64,000 nucleotides of DNA from Obrimoposthia wandeli (taxonomy: Eukaryota). The stretch is taken from contig CDROCS010005398.1 in assembly GCA_977020255.1 (NCBI GenBank), positions 1-64,000 of the forward strand, read 5' to 3'. The position numbers were made by a program, and so were the translations under genes. Positions 30,158 to 41,273 of this stretch are shown here, in pieces. The notes under the pieces were generated by a model. It was not told the origin of the DNA. It was given only the letters and a program-made list of their open reading frames with translations, and ran no database searches. Position 1 is the first letter of the stretch, and every line of letters starts with the position of its first letter.

Positions 30158-30475
30158 TCAAAGGAGACGGGAGAATTCGCTTATCTGGACTTTCGGTTCA
30201 ATGTCGGTAAAGTTTTGGATATCTTTGACTAATTGGCTGCCAACAGCTTTGTTCGCTTGCATAAACTGTTTAACAGAATCAAACATCATATAACCAATAA
30301 TCAAATATGGCCCAGCTTGGGATCCCGATTTAACATTAGCTTCATCAATTTCGACGCTAATGAGACCATGATCCTGATAGGTTTTAATAACCAGCGGCAT
30401 ATGTTGCTCACGGTAATAATCAAAATCAAAATGCTTGTCAGCGATATTTGGGTACATAATGGAAATGCGGATCAT
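30158..30475 (-). CDS. EthD-family protein
   Basis: MIRISIMYP...FDFDYYREQHMPLV...DIQNFTDIEP.VQIS pattern. Confidence 0.8.
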   Translation of the reverse strand: MIRISIMYPNIADKHFDFDYYREQHMPLVIKTYQDHGLISVEIDEANVKSGSQAGPYLIIGYMMFDSVKQFMQANKAVGSQLVKDIQNFTDIEPKVQISEFSRLL

Positions 30476-30526
30476 AGTGCTAATACCTATTTAAAATATA
30501 TTTGAAATAGCTATTAGCTATTTACA

Positions 30527-31465
30527 TTAATGTGGATTCAAACCGTCAAAACGTTTAAAAAATATGGCGTTAGCGGCTGGCAAAGTGCCTTGAGCATTAC
30601 TTAGATTCTGTTGCACGTAAGATAGTGAAGACTCGGCTAAAATTTTATAGCTTCGTTGCACCAAATCATGCACTTCATATCCGACCCACCCCTGCGGTAG
30701 CACCGCACTTGGGAAATCGGGGTCGCGCAATAATATGCGCCTAAAATCATGGATCATCGATACCCTAAGCATAAAACACTCTTGAGGATCCGGTAATTTC
30801 ATAAATATCTTTTGACATAGCGGGCGATAAAAATTTAAAAATTCATGATAATTAGTCGCGAGTTCATCTAGTTTCCAACGCGACTTAGTCAGTTCTTTGA
30901 TAACGTCTTGTGAATTTAAATCAGCGGTTGTCGCATTAAATACCACCACATCATTGACGATGTCTAATTCATGAATTGCTTCATTCAGTGACGAACGTTC
31001 TGACGAGGGATGAGCATACAATCCTGAACTCAACGAATTAAATCCCTGCCAAATAAGACTTTTTACAAACTCTTCTTTTTTATCATCCGTCACAGAAATC
31101 GGTAATACCAGCGTCCATGTATTATCCCATGGCAATTGTTCGCCAGCATAAATGCGTCGAGCTGCTTTCTCGTAATGACGCATTGCCGACTCTGTAAAGC
31201 AGTAGTAGCTACAACGTCCAACTTTGTTAACCTGTAACCAATCACTTTGCACTAAGCGATAAACCGAAGTTCTAACTTGACGTTCGTTAAAACCAAATGG
31301 AGCCAGCGTAGAAATAAGACTCGAAAGCCATACCCAATTTCCGTGTTGAGAAACCACATCGCCAAAGACAGTAACCACCATCGAGGTGCAACTAATGCTC
31401 TGCTCTTTGATGTGTTGGCTAATTTTTTTTGCCCGTTTATTGATTGCTGTCAAAATATTTCCCAC
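30527..31465 (-). CDS. paaX: Phenylacetate degradation repressor PaaX
   Basis: VTVFGD, VRTSVYRL, ARRIY, RRILLRDP. Confidence 0.93.
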   Translation of the reverse strand: MGNILTAINKRAKKISQHIKEQSISCTSMVVTVFGDVVSQHGNWVWLSSLISTLAPFGFNERQVRTSVYRLVQSDWLQVNKVGRCSYYCFTESAMRHYEKAARRIYAGEQLPWDNTWTLVLPISVTDDKKEEFVKSLIWQGFNSLSSGLYAHPSSERSSLNEAIHELDIVNDVVVFNATTADLNSQDVIKELTKSRWKLDELATNYHEFLNFYRPLCQKIFMKLPDPQECFMLRVSMIHDFRRILLRDPDFPSAVLPQGWVGYEVHDLVQRSYKILAESSLSYVQQNLSNAQGTLPAANAIFFKRFDGLNPH

Positions 31466-31524
31466 TGATTGATTTACATTAGATTTTAATCAATTTAGCC
31501 AGTCAATGAAAACATTATTTGCAA

Positions 31525-32622
31525 TTATCTCTCATCAAAACTGACGATAACTTCATCGGATACTGGATGTGCCTGACAGCTCAAAATAAAGCCTTGTTCA
31601 ATCTCATGCGGCTCTAAACCATGGCTTATATCCATATCGACCTGGCCTTTTATGACCTTGCACTTACAAGTTGAACAAACACCAGCTTTACACGAATAAG
31701 GTAAATCAATACCATTTTTCATACCCGCATCGAGGATGTTTGCGCCAACAGCAGCCAATTTGAATTCAACACCTCGACCATCGGAAATAACAGTAACTTT
31801 GCTGGTTTTCTTTTCACCATATTCATGTATGCGTTGGCGAGACTTCTCAAGAATAGTCGCCGAATCTTCCACCGAGTTAGCAAATAGTTCGTAATGAATT
31901 TGCGACTCTGCTAAGCCTTCAAGCCTAAAGCCATGCGAGACTTCCGAAATCATCGATTCGGGACCACAAATAAAGGCCTCGTCGGTATTTAGGATGTCGA
32001 TCATTTTTTTCTTTTGCAGTTGATAACCAGTGACATTGTCGATTCGGCCTTTAAGCACATCGGAGCCTTGATCTTCCTCGCTCATCACATTTATCCACTT
32101 AAAGCGTGCTAAATAGTTATTCTTAATAAAACTAAGTTCTTCTTTAAACATCACCGTATTAGTGCGTTTGTTGCCATAAACCAGGGTCACGGTGCTGTCT
32201 TGAGAGCTTGATAACACCGACTTGATGATCGACAAAATAGGCGTAATGCCACTACCAACCGCCAAACACATGTAGCTTTTGCCACCTTCATCTGACACCT
32301 CTGGACTAAAGTTACCTTGTGGCGGCATCACTTCGATAACATCACCGACGTTGAAATGATCGTTAGCATGGTTTGAAAACACACCACCATTTACCCGTTT
32401 AATCCCAACACGTAATTGCTCATCATTGATACCCGAACATATTGAATAGGCACGGCGTACTTGCTGGCCGTCAATTTGCGTTTGCAGGGTCAAAAATTGC
32501 CCAGGGTTAAAGGAAAAGGTGTTAGCCAACTCCTGTGGCACATCAAAACTAATACACACTGCGCTTTCTGTTTCTGGCTGTATATCGGTTATTTTTAGTG
32601 AATAAAAATTTGTATCAGACAT
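31525..32622 (-). CDS. paaE: Phenylacetyl-CoA epoxidase reductase subunit PaaE
   Basis: RRAYSICS, AVGSGITP, YGNK, FICGP, ferredoxin PYSCKAGVCSTC...LSCQA. Confidence 0.95.
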   Translation of the reverse strand: MSDTNFYSLKITDIQPETESAVCISFDVPQELANTFSFNPGQFLTLQTQIDGQQVRRAYSICSGINDEQLRVGIKRVNGGVFSNHANDHFNVGDVIEVMPPQGNFSPEVSDEGGKSYMCLAVGSGITPILSIIKSVLSSSQDSTVTLVYGNKRTNTVMFKEELSFIKNNYLARFKWINVMSEEDQGSDVLKGRIDNVTGYQLQKKKMIDILNTDEAFICGPESMISEVSHGFRLEGLAESQIHYELFANSVEDSATILEKSRQRIHEYGEKKTSKVTVISDGRGVEFKLAAVGANILDAGMKNGIDLPYSCKAGVCSTCKCKVIKGQVDMDISHGLEPHEIEQGFILSCQAHPVSDEVIVSFDER

Positions 32623-32737
32623 ATTGCACCTTTGTTTTCTATTTTATTTTTGTCTCATTAACCAGAGTGTTGGATAACAGTTTTGTATTTAGCGGCTATC
32701 AGCGTTATTGGGCAAAGTCGCTTATCTGATATTCAGA

Positions 32738-33280
32738 TTAAATATGTTTAAAAAGATCAAATGGTTCCAAGCAATCATTACATTTAAATAATGCTTTGCA
32801 CGCTGTTGAACCAAACTCACTCACCAACGTTGTATCGGCTGCGCCGCAATGAGGGCATGTGACTTTGGTATCTTCATCGATTAATTGCCCATCGCCGCCA
32901 ATCACGTCATCTGGCGGCGCGATGCCATAGTTGCGCAGCTGCACGCGACCTTTATCGGTCATCCAATCTGTGGTCCATGCCGGAGAAAGCTGCGTTTTCA
33001 CCACCGACTTTCTAATCCCATGGGCGGTGAGTGCGATCTGAATATCTTCAGCCATTACATCCATCGCCGGACACCCCGAATAGGTCGGAGTGATGGTGAC
33101 CGTCACTAACTCATGGCTGTGCTCAATATTCTTAAGTACGCCGAGATCCCACAGCGATAACGCTGGAATTTCCGGATCATTAACTTGATCTAGCACCTGC
33201 CACAGTTGTGGCACTAGCGAGTTACGGCGGTATTGCTCCCGCTCAAACTGTTCTGGTGATTTCGTTGGAATAACTATCAT
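32738..33280 (-). CDS. paaD: Phenylacetyl-CoA epoxidase subunit PaaD
   Basis: DPEIP, TPTYSGCPAM, LSPAWTTDW, CPHCG..T..SEFGSTACKALFKC. Start at ATG 33280. Confidence 0.95.
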   Translation of the reverse strand: MIVIPTKSPEQFEREQYRRNSLVPQLWQVLDQVNDPEIPALSLWDLGVLKNIEHSHELVTVTITPTYSGCPAMDVMAEDIQIALTAHGIRKSVVKTQLSPAWTTDWMTDKGRVQLRNYGIAPPDDVIGGDGQLIDEDTKVTCPHCGAADTTLVSEFGSTACKALFKCNDCLEPFDLFKHI

Positions 33281-33284
33281 GGCA

Positions 33285-34061
33285 TTACCACTTCGCGCCA
33301 GGCATAGAACGATGAACAAACTGCATCTCGGTTAAGATGTGTCCCAAGCTTTCAGTATGATAGCCTTCACGACCACCTCGTACAGCCCATTCGACTTCGG
33401 GTACTTTGAGCGTTGCCTGTTCAAGTATTGCGCTGACATCCTTGAGCCATGCCTGTTTAAAGCTGGCGCAATCCACCGCGATACCCACAGCGACTAAGCG
33501 TTGCTCTAGATCATCTTGTTCGAACATCTCATGGGTATAACCCCACAAATCATCGACTGCATTTTGCATGCGTTCGTTGCTCTCACTGGTGCCATCGCCA
33601 AGACGCAGGGTCCACTCTTTACTGCGGCGATTATGATAAACCGTTTCTTTAGCAGCCTTATGAGCGATCGCAGCTAAGGTTTCATCCGTCGATAACTTTA
33701 ACGCCTCAAGATAATGGGCGTTATAAACATCCACGAGCAGTTGGCGCAGGATGGTATAAGCAAAATCACCACGAGGTAATTCATTGATTAAATGATTTTG
33801 ATACTCACGTTCATCGCGCATATAGGCAAAATCATCTTCAGATTTACTCGTTTCGCCGCCTTGAGCATTGTACACTTCGGCGGCATAGGTGTAATACATC
33901 CGCGCACGACCGATATAATCTAAGGCTACATTGCCCAGCGCGATATCTTCTTCCAAAAATGGGCCATTGCTTACCCACTCAGAGAGACGGTGACCCAATA
34001 TTAATGAGTCATCACCAAGGCGCGTGGCATATTGCATAATGTCTTGTAATTGTGGATTCAT
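33285..34061 (-). CDS. paaC: Phenylacetyl-CoA epoxidase subunit PaaC
   Basis: LGDDSLILGHRLSEW...PFLEEDIA, KETVYH, HTESLGHILTEMQ. Confidence 0.96.
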   Translation of the reverse strand: MNPQLQDIMQYATRLGDDSLILGHRLSEWVSNGPFLEEDIALGNVALDYIGRARMYYTYAAEVYNAQGGETSKSEDDFAYMRDEREYQNHLINELPRGDFAYTILRQLLVDVYNAHYLEALKLSTDETLAAIAHKAAKETVYHNRRSKEWTLRLGDGTSESNERMQNAVDDLWGYTHEMFEQDDLEQRLVAVGIAVDCASFKQAWLKDVSAILEQATLKVPEVEWAVRGGREGYHTESLGHILTEMQFVHRSMPGAKW

Positions 34062-34073
34062 AACAACTTCCTG

Positions 34074-34364
34074 CTACATGTTGGTGACTTCTTTAGGGAG
34101 CGGATAATGAGTCGCATGGCGATAAGGTTTATCGTCCGCGGGATCAAAGAAACTTTCGCTGTCATCTTCTTGTGATGCACAGATATCTTTTGATTTGACC
34201 ACCCAAATACTGACCCCTTCACTGCGACGAGTATAAACATCTCTGGCATACTCCAGCGCTTGTTCCTGATCTTCGGCATGCAGGCTGCCAGTATGTTTAT
34301 GATCCAAACCCCGCTTAGAACGCACGAACACTTCAAATAATTCTAATTTTTCTACACTCATCAT
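34074..34364 (-). CDS. paaB: Phenylacetyl-CoA epoxidase subunit PaaB
   Basis: EVFVRSKRGLDHKHTGSLHA, ARDVYTRRSEGVSIWVV, DKPYRH. Confidence 0.96.
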   Translation of the reverse strand: MMSVEKLELFEVFVRSKRGLDHKHTGSLHAEDQEQALEYARDVYTRRSEGVSIWVVKSKDICASQEDDSESFFDPADDKPYRHATHYPLPKEVTNM

Positions 34365-34388
34365 AATTCTCCGTTGAGTTACTGCGCT

Positions 34389-35360
34389 CTAAGCGACATG
34401 TTGGGCTTTGCGTTGCGCTTTCTTTTCGTTATAAGCGGCCATAGCCTCACGAACCCAAGCCCCTTCTTCATGCGCTTTTACATGATGCGCAATCCGTTGG
34501 CGATTACAGTGGCCATTGCCATTGATCACCGCATAAAATTCTTCCCAGTTAAGCTCACCACTATCGAAATGGCCGCGCGCTTCATTCCATTTCAAATCTT
34601 TATCTGGGTGTTCTAACCCTAAATATTCGATTTGACTGACAGTCTGGTCAATAAATTTTTGACGTAGATAGTCATTGGTCTCACGCTTAATCTTCCACTT
34701 CATCGATTTAGCCGAATGGGCAGATTCAGCATCATGTGGACCGAACATCATTAAAGAAGGCCAGTAAAAACGATTAAGCGAGTCTTGCGCTAGGCGTTTT
34801 TGCGCTGGTGTGCCATGAGCTAATTCAATCATGACTTGGTAGCCTTGACGCTGATGGAAACTTTCTTCTTTACAGATCCGCACCATGCCGCGTGAGTATG
34901 GACCGTAAGATGTACGCTGCAATGACACCTGATTGACGATGGCAGCACCATCAACTAACCAGCCAATTGCGCCCATATCACCCCAGGTCTGTGCCGGATA
35001 ATTAAAGATAGAAGCGTACTTTGCGCTGCCATCTTGAAGCGCCGCGATTAAATCGCTACGAGATACCCCTAGGGTCTCAGTCGCACTGTAGAGATACAAA
35101 CCATGCCCGGCTTCGTCCTGAACCTTAGCCAACAACACCGCTTTACGACGCAGTGAAGGCGCTCTGGTGATCCAGTTTCCTTCTGGCTGCGTTCCAATTA
35201 TTTCAGAATGCGCATGTTGCGACATTTGACGAATTAAATTTTTGCGATAGGCATCAGGCATCCAATCTTTAGGTTCAATTTTTTGCTCATCAGCGACCTT
35301 TTGTTCAAAAGCTGCTTCGAGTTCTGCTTCAGTCTTATTATATTTTGTCATTTTTTCCAC
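34389..35360 (-). CDS. paaA: Phenylacetyl-CoA epoxidase catalytic subunit PaaA
   Basis: [42 protein letters not shown]. Confidence 0.97.
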   Translation of the reverse strand: MEKMTKYNKTEAELEAAFEQKVADEQKIEPKDWMPDAYRKNLIRQMSQHAHSEIIGTQPEGNWITRAPSLRRKAVLLAKVQDEAGHGLYLYSATETLGVSRSDLIAALQDGSAKYASIFNYPAQTWGDMGAIGWLVDGAAIVNQVSLQRTSYGPYSRGMVRICKEESFHQRQGYQVMIELAHGTPAQKRLAQDSLNRFYWPSLMMFGPHDAESAHSAKSMKWKIKRETNDYLRQKFIDQTVSQIEYLGLEHPDKDLKWNEARGHFDSGELNWEEFYAVINGNGHCNRQRIAHHVKAHEEGAWVREAMAAYNEKKAQRKAQHVA

Positions 35361-35383
35361 CGTTTCTAAGCACCAACACTTTC

Positions 35384-35419
35384 GATACGAATATATTCAA
35401 ATAAAAATAATAACGTATC
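35384..35419. promoter_or_regulatory. Candidate PaaX operator upstream of paaA
   Basis: GATACG-N24-CGTATC inverted repeat. It resembles the GATACA-N26-TGTATC type operator recalled for Pseudomonas PaaX, but the spacing differs. Confidence 0.45.
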
Positions 35420-35488
35420 ATATCATGTGATTTTTAACATGTTGACAACAATCTGCCTAATTTTTTGTCTTTCTTGCTGAAAGGTGAC

Positions 35489-36691
35489 TTAGACCCGTTC
35501 AATGATCAGCGCTATACCTTGTCCAACACCAATACACATAGTGCAAAGGGCATATCGGCCGCCTGTGCGATGGAGCTGATACATTGCAGTGGTGACTAGT
35601 CTCGCGCCACTAGCACCTAAAGGATGACCAAGGGCAATGGCTCCGCCATTCGGATTAACATGCGCCGCATCATCACTTAACCCCAGCTCCCTAAGCACCG
35701 CTAATCCTTGTGCAGCAAAGGCTTCGTTAAGCTCGATAACATCCATTTGTTCTAAACTCAGTCCTGTGCGTGCCAACACCTTACGTGTGGCAGATACAGG
35801 GCCATAACCCATGATCTTCGGTTCCAGTCCAGAGGATGCCATACCAACAACGCGTGCTTTTGGGGTGAGCCCATGGCGCTTAACACCAGCACTCGATGCC
35901 AGCAATAACGCGCAAGCACCATCATTAACACCTGACGCATTACCCGCAGTAACACTACCTCCTTCACGAAACGGCGTGGCTAATTTTGCCAACGCTTCGA
36001 TACTGCTCAGGCGTAAATGCTCATCGGTATCAAAAACAAGGTCATCTTTCTTACGTTGTGGGATGATCACTGGCACGATTTCCTGAGCAAATATCCCTTC
36101 GCGCTGTGCATTTGCAGCCTTGGTCTGGCTGTTAAAAGCAAACAAATCTTGCGCCGCGCGATTGATATTAAACTGCTCGGCAACATTTTCTGCGGTCTCG
36201 GGCATCGAGTCGACGCCGTATTGTCGCTTCATCTGCTTATTAACAAAGCGCCAACCGATCGTGGTGTCATACATTTCGGCACTACGACTAAACGCAGTGT
36301 CCGCTTTAGCCATCACAAAAGGAGCACGGGACATGGATTCGACACCACCGGCAATCATAAGATCAGCCTCGCCACTGCGGATCGCACGAGCCGCGCTACC
36401 CACCGCATCAATACCAGAACCGCACAAACGGTTAAGCGTTAGCCCTGGCGCCTCAATCGGTAAACCGCCGAGTAATCCGCTCATGCGAGCAACATTGCGA
36501 TTGTCTTCCCCTGCCTGATTAGCACAGCCGTAATACACATCATCGAGCATAGTCCAATCAACATCTGGATTTCGCTTGATCAATGCGGCAATGGGCACCG
36601 CGCCCAAATCATCGGCTCTGACACTGGCTAGCGTTCCGCCGTAGCGGCCAAAAGGAGTTCTTATTGCGTCACAAATAAATGCATCTATCAT
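35489..36691 (-). CDS. paaJ: 3-oxoadipyl-CoA/3-oxo-5,6-dehydrosuberyl-CoA thiolase (PaaJ/PcaF)
   Basis: [50 protein letters not shown]. Confidence 0.93.
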   Translation of the reverse strand: MIDAFICDAIRTPFGRYGGTLASVRADDLGAVPIAALIKRNPDVDWTMLDDVYYGCANQAGEDNRNVARMSGLLGGLPIEAPGLTLNRLCGSGIDAVGSAARAIRSGEADLMIAGGVESMSRAPFVMAKADTAFSRSAEMYDTTIGWRFVNKQMKRQYGVDSMPETAENVAEQFNINRAAQDLFAFNSQTKAANAQREGIFAQEIVPVIIPQRKKDDLVFDTDEHLRLSSIEALAKLATPFREGGSVTAGNASGVNDGACALLLASSAGVKRHGLTPKARVVGMASSGLEPKIMGYGPVSATRKVLARTGLSLEQMDVIELNEAFAAQGLAVLRELGLSDDAAHVNPNGGAIALGHPLGASGARLVTTAMYQLHRTGGRYALCTMCIGVGQGIALIIERV

Positions 36692-36705
36692 TTCTTATTC
36701 CTTAA

Positions 36706-37158
36706 TTATGCTGGCAGTACGCTACGTTTAATTCTCACAGAGTTACCTTTAAACAAAGCAACCACTTGATGGTCTTGATTACTGACAGTGACGTGATAAA
36801 TCCCACTGCGCTTACCTTGATGTAATTGGCTTGCCTTAGCAGTCAATACATCGCCTTTAAATGCGGGCATCAGATAATCGATTGAGCAACCAGCGGCAAC
36901 GGCGGCAAAATTTTCTGAATTACAAGCGAAGGCGAAAGCAGAGTCCGCGAACGAAAAAATATTGCCACCATGACAGGTTCCGTGACCATTGAGCATGACC
37001 GCAGTAATGGACATGATGGCTGTTGCCTCACCGGCATCGACTTCTATAAAGTTGATACCCAACGCCTTTGAGGCGGCATCGTTTTCCATCATGTGTGCGG
37101 CACATGCTCGCGCTAGTTGCTTTATCTGCTGTGCATTTTGATTTGTGCTCATTGGCAT
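36706..37158 (-). CDS. paaI: Hydroxyphenylacetyl-CoA thioesterase PaaI
   Basis: MLNGHGTCHGG..F..ADSAFAFACNS hotdog motif. Confidence 0.95.
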   Translation of the reverse strand: MPMSTNQNAQQIKQLARACAAHMMENDAASKALGINFIEVDAGEATAIMSITAVMLNGHGTCHGGNIFSFADSAFAFACNSENFAAVAAGCSIDYLMPAFKGDVLTAKASQLHQGKRSGIYHVTVSNQDHQVVALFKGNSVRIKRSVLPA

Positions 37159-37164
37159 CTGATC

Positions 37165-37956
37165 CTATTCACCGCTGAACACTGGCTGACGTTTTTCCAT
37201 AAAGGCGCTCACGCCTTCGCGGTAATCATTAGAGCGACCAAGATCCTGCATCGCCTCTTTTTCTAGTTCTAACTGTTGATGCAACGGATTCGAAAACGAA
37301 TCATTGAGTAATTTTTTAATCATCCCTAGGCCTTTGGTAGGCTGGGCAGCTAAATGCTGGGCGATGTTTAAAGTTTCACTCATCAGCTGATCATCATCAA
37401 CACACTGCCAAATCATTCCCCAACTTTGGGCTTGCTCGGCGCTTAACTTACCACCAAGCAACGCCAAGCCTTTGGCACGGGGTAATCCGAGTGCGCGCGG
37501 CAAGTTAAAAGTGCCGCCTGAATCGGGAACCAAACCAATTTTACAAAACGCCTGGACAAATTTAGCGCTGCGCGCTGCCAATACAATGTCACAAGCTAGT
37601 GCTATGCTCGCACCAGCGCCTGCTGCAACGCCGTTTACTGCGCAAAGTACTGGTTTTTCCATCGTCATGATATTGCGAATAAGCGGGTTATAATATTTTT
37701 CAATCGACTCACCCAAATTCGGCGCTTCGTCACTCGCTTTTACCGAGCGGTCACCTAAATCCTGTCCTGCACAAAAACCTCGTCCTGCGCCGGTTAACAC
37801 TAAACAACGCACATCAAAATTAGTGCGGGCGTCTTTAATCGCCACTTTTACCTCGTCATGCATTTGTACGGTAAAACTGTTTAATGTCTGCGGACGATTT
37901 AGGGTTAGCACTGCAACCCCGTTATTTATTTCGTATGTAATTGTTTCAAAATTCAT
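37165..37956 (-). CDS. paaG: Epoxyphenylacetyl-CoA isomerase PaaG
   Basis: LNRPQTLNSF, GRGFCAGQDL, GLVPDSGGT, DYREGV.AF.EKR.P. Start at ATG 37956. Confidence 0.93.
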   Translation of the reverse strand: MNFETITYEINNGVAVLTLNRPQTLNSFTVQMHDEVKVAIKDARTNFDVRCLVLTGAGRGFCAGQDLGDRSVKASDEAPNLGESIEKYYNPLIRNIMTMEKPVLCAVNGVAAGAGASIALACDIVLAARSAKFVQAFCKIGLVPDSGGTFNLPRALGLPRAKGLALLGGKLSAEQAQSWGMIWQCVDDDQLMSETLNIAQHLAAQPTKGLGMIKKLLNDSFSNPLHQQLELEKEAMQDLGRSNDYREGVSAFMEKRQPVFSGE

Positions 37957-38052
37957 CAAAATTCCCTTTCTCTTTACTGATCCAGTGCTCTGGACATCAT
38001 TGTTATTTTCAGCCACTATAAGTTCAAAATTAACCCAAATGGAGTTGCTGCA

Positions 38053-38643
38053 ATGCCAATTTATGCCATGGAAGATCTAATTCCGGTTATCGACCCTTCT
38101 GCTTATATCCACCCCACCGCCGTGATTATCGGTGACGTTATTATTGGAAAAGACTGTTATATTGGCCCCAATGCCGTATTACGTGGCGACTTTGGCCGCA
38201 TCGTGCTCGAACAGGGCTGCAATGTGCAAGATACTTGCGTTATTCATAGTTTTCCGGACAAAGACTGCGTCATCAAACAAGATGGTCACATCGGTCACGG
38301 CGCGATCCTGCATGGCTGTGTCATCGGCCGCAACGCCCTAGTAGGCATGAATGCGGTGGTAATGGACGATGCTATTATTGGTGATGAGTCCTTGGTTGCC
38401 GCCACCGCCTTTGTTAAATCAGGTTTCCAATGTCCTCCAAGAAGCCTGCTTGCCGGTAGCCCAGCGCAAATCAAACGTGAGTTAAGCGAAAAAGAAGTGG
38501 CCTGGAAAACCAGTGGCACCGCCGAATATCATCACCTAACCACCCGTTGCCATCAGAGCATGCATGAGGTCGAACCGCTACGCGAAGTTCAGGCTCAGCG
38601 CCCTCGCTTTAGTACCAGCAATCATCGGCCTAAAGAGAGCTAA
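38053..38643 (+). CDS. paaY: PaaY (gamma-carbonic-anhydrase-like hexapeptide protein)
   Basis: Hexapeptide repeats, [29 protein letters not shown]. Confidence 0.93.
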   Translation: MPIYAMEDLIPVIDPSAYIHPTAVIIGDVIIGKDCYIGPNAVLRGDFGRIVLEQGCNVQDTCVIHSFPDKDCVIKQDGHIGHGAILHGCVIGRNALVGMNAVVMDDAIIGDESLVAATAFVKSGFQCPPRSLLAGSPAQIKRELSEKEVAWKTSGTAEYHHLTTRCHQSMHEVEPLREVQAQRPRFSTSNHRPKES

Positions 38644-38687
38644 TCGTTAACCTCGAGCATCATGATTGATACTCGATTTCAACCACA

Positions 38688-40736
38688 TTAAGCTTCTTGT
38701 CGCTCAACCAAAGTTAAGATGTCGTAAAGCGCGACAATAACACCATGCTGATTGACCACCTCAACATCCCATACCACCACGCCAGTCGCTTTAAGCTCAT
38801 CAGGGCGCTGGTCTTTCTTGATTTTTTTCTTCGCGGTAATTTTGACTTGAATGGTATCGCCAATTGCTACCGGTTCAACAAAACGCAAATTTTCGAGACC
38901 ATAGTTGGCTAAAACAGGACCTGGTGCTGGATCAACAAACATCCCTGCCGCCGCCGAAATAATGAAATAACCATGGGCAACACGCTTACCAAACAACGAG
39001 TCTTTAGCCGCTAATTCGTCAAAATGGGCGTAAAAATGGTCGCCAGATAAGCAACCGAAATTAACGATATCCGCTTCCGTTACCGTGCGGCGATGCGTAG
39101 TTAAGCTTTCGCCTACCAGCAGCTCTTCGAAGTATTTTCTAAATGGGTGTTTTTCGTGATTGCAGGTCTTTGCGCCAGCCATGTATTCCTTCGTGACGGC
39201 CATTAAGGTGCTTGGTGAACCTTGAATAGCACTGCGCTGCATATAATGCTTAATTGCGCGAGAGCCACCAAGTTCTTCACCGCCACCAGCGCGCCCAGGG
39301 CCACCATGTACCAATGTTGGCAATGGCGAACCATGTCCGGTTGATTCTTTGGCACAATCACGGTTAAGGATCAGCATACGGCCATGATACGCGGCGGCAT
39401 TTAATATAAATTGCGTCGCTTCTTCATTATCATAGGTGACGATTGAACCGACTAAACTCCCCTTACCTAAACGAGCGATCTCGACTGCTTGTTCGATCCC
39501 TTCATATGGCATGATGGTACTCACAGGGCCAAAAGCCTCGATACTATGGGGTGCATCGGTGGTCAATGGATTAGCGCAATACAATAAGGTCGGAGGATAA
39601 AATGCGTTAGGTTCAACATTGTCGCCTACAACTTCAAACGAGGCGTGATTGCCGCCATAGATCACTTCGCAGTAATCACTCAATTTGGCAACTGTGTCTT
39701 TAATATCTGCACATTGCGCACGGCCAACTAATGGGCCCATACGTACACCTTCGACTGCGGGATCGCCCATCACCACTTTATCTAATCGCGCTTTTAGTGC
39801 ATCGCTTACAGCGCTAACCTTAGTCGCAGGCACGATAATGCGGCGGATCGCGGTACATTTTTGTCCTGCCTTGATTGTCATTTCTTTAACGACTTCTTTA
39901 ATAAACAAGTCAAATTCAGGATCATCAACAGCAACTGTTTCGCCCAGTACCGCACAGTTTAATGAATCAGCTTCCATATTAAATGGAATGCTGTTGTCCA
40001 CAATATTTGGATGACAACGTAATTTTTTGCCTGTAGCAGCCGACCCTGTAAAGGTAACAACATCTTGCTCATCTAAATGTTCGAGTAAATCCCCGACATA
40101 ACCACAGATCAACTGAATTGAACCCTCTGGTAATAAGCCAGAATTAATAATTTCTTCCACCACTGCCTGAGTTAGGTAAGCAGAAACAGTAGCAGGCTTA
40201 ACAATTACCGGTACGCCGGCGATTAAGCTCGGTGCAATTTTTTCTAACATACCCCAGCACGGGAAGTTAAACGCATTGATATGTACCGATACACCAGGCT
40301 TAGAGGTTAAAATGTGGCGCGCTGCAAAGGTACCATTAGCTGATAACAGTTCTGGTGCACCTTCAACAATAAACTTTTCATTGGCAAATTCGCGACGCGC
40401 AATACCAGAGTAGCTAAACATAGTGGATAAACCACCTTCGATGTCAATCCAGCTGTCAACTTTGGTGGCGCCAGTTTTGGCCGAAATAGCATACAAGTGC
40501 TCTTTTTTCGCTAATAGGTATTTACCAAGATTTTTCAGTGCAGTGGCTCGTTCATGAATGGTCATCTCGCGCAGCGCTTTACCACCAACATCACGTCCGT
40601 ACTCAACCATTTTCTTAAAATTTAAACCATCACTACTCACATTGCAGACCAACTCGCCACTTATTGCATTATGAACCGCCACTCCTTCACTTTGTCCTTC
40701 CACCCAGCTTCCACAACAGTAACTTGCTGATTTCAT
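38688..40736 (-). CDS. paaZ: Bifunctional oxepin-CoA hydrolase / aldehyde dehydrogenase PaaZ
   Basis: [57 protein letters not shown]-terminal MaoC domain. Confidence 0.97.
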   Translation of the reverse strand: MKSASYCCGSWVEGQSEGVAVHNAISGELVCNVSSDGLNFKKMVEYGRDVGGKALREMTIHERATALKNLGKYLLAKKEHLYAISAKTGATKVDSWIDIEGGLSTMFSYSGIARREFANEKFIVEGAPELLSANGTFAARHILTSKPGVSVHINAFNFPCWGMLEKIAPSLIAGVPVIVKPATVSAYLTQAVVEEIINSGLLPEGSIQLICGYVGDLLEHLDEQDVVTFTGSAATGKKLRCHPNIVDNSIPFNMEADSLNCAVLGETVAVDDPEFDLFIKEVVKEMTIKAGQKCTAIRRIIVPATKVSAVSDALKARLDKVVMGDPAVEGVRMGPLVGRAQCADIKDTVAKLSDYCEVIYGGNHASFEVVGDNVEPNAFYPPTLLYCANPLTTDAPHSIEAFGPVSTIMPYEGIEQAVEIARLGKGSLVGSIVTYDNEEATQFILNAAAYHGRMLILNRDCAKESTGHGSPLPTLVHGGPGRAGGGEELGGSRAIKHYMQRSAIQGSPSTLMAVTKEYMAGAKTCNHEKHPFRKYFEELLVGESLTTHRRTVTEADIVNFGCLSGDHFYAHFDELAAKDSLFGKRVAHGYFIISAAAGMFVDPAPGPVLANYGLENLRFVEPVAIGDTIQVKITAKKKIKKDQRPDELKATGVVVWDVEVVNQHGVIVALYDILTLVERQEA

Positions 40737-41228
40737 TTGTTAACCCTCTAGTTAAAATCAAGAACATCTGATTTATTGTTTTAATTTATATATAAACAAT
40801 TTGAGTTAATGATACCAAATATTAAAAACAAGTAAGTGAAGCGTGTCGCATTTAACAAGTTTAACACACTGACAACATAACCTTGTAAAATTGAGCGCAC
40901 CAGAGCCCTCTCCCTCAATCGGCCAAAATTACGCCATAAACCAACCATTTACTGCCAGTTTTTTACCTAAAAAGCTTAAACCAAAAAACAGCGCCAAAAA
41001 TGGCAGGTTCCTTAGCGTAGCCAAGCAGCAATTAAACACTTATGTTACTGATATTTAAATTATGAGGTGATTGCTAAACAACATTAAAGATAAGTTATAA
41101 GCAGCCATCAAGAGTTAGTTTTCTTAACGTCTAAAACCAAAAAAGCCTGCTATCTAAGCAGGCATTCATCATTATCTTTTTATCACACCATCAACTCAAA
41201 CATGACACCACATTCAAGTTAAAACTGT

Positions 41229-41273
41229 CTATGTTGTAACAGACTATGTTGTAACAGACTATGTTGTAACAGA
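41229..41273. repeat. 15-bp tandem repeat x3 (CTATGTTGTAACAGA)
   Basis: Three exact units; a single variant unit is present in copy 3 (about 56166-56180). Confidence 0.95.

Noticed and set aside
36017-36518. Plus-strand ORFs here and similar ones (355-621, 4059-4529, 27876-28118, 39685-40014, 51706-52089)
   Set aside because: Antisense shadows of well-supported genes, with no RBS or motif evidence.
41229-41273. Possible CRISPR array
   Set aside because: Three abutting 15-bp units with no spacers and no cas genes; this is a simple tandem repeat.
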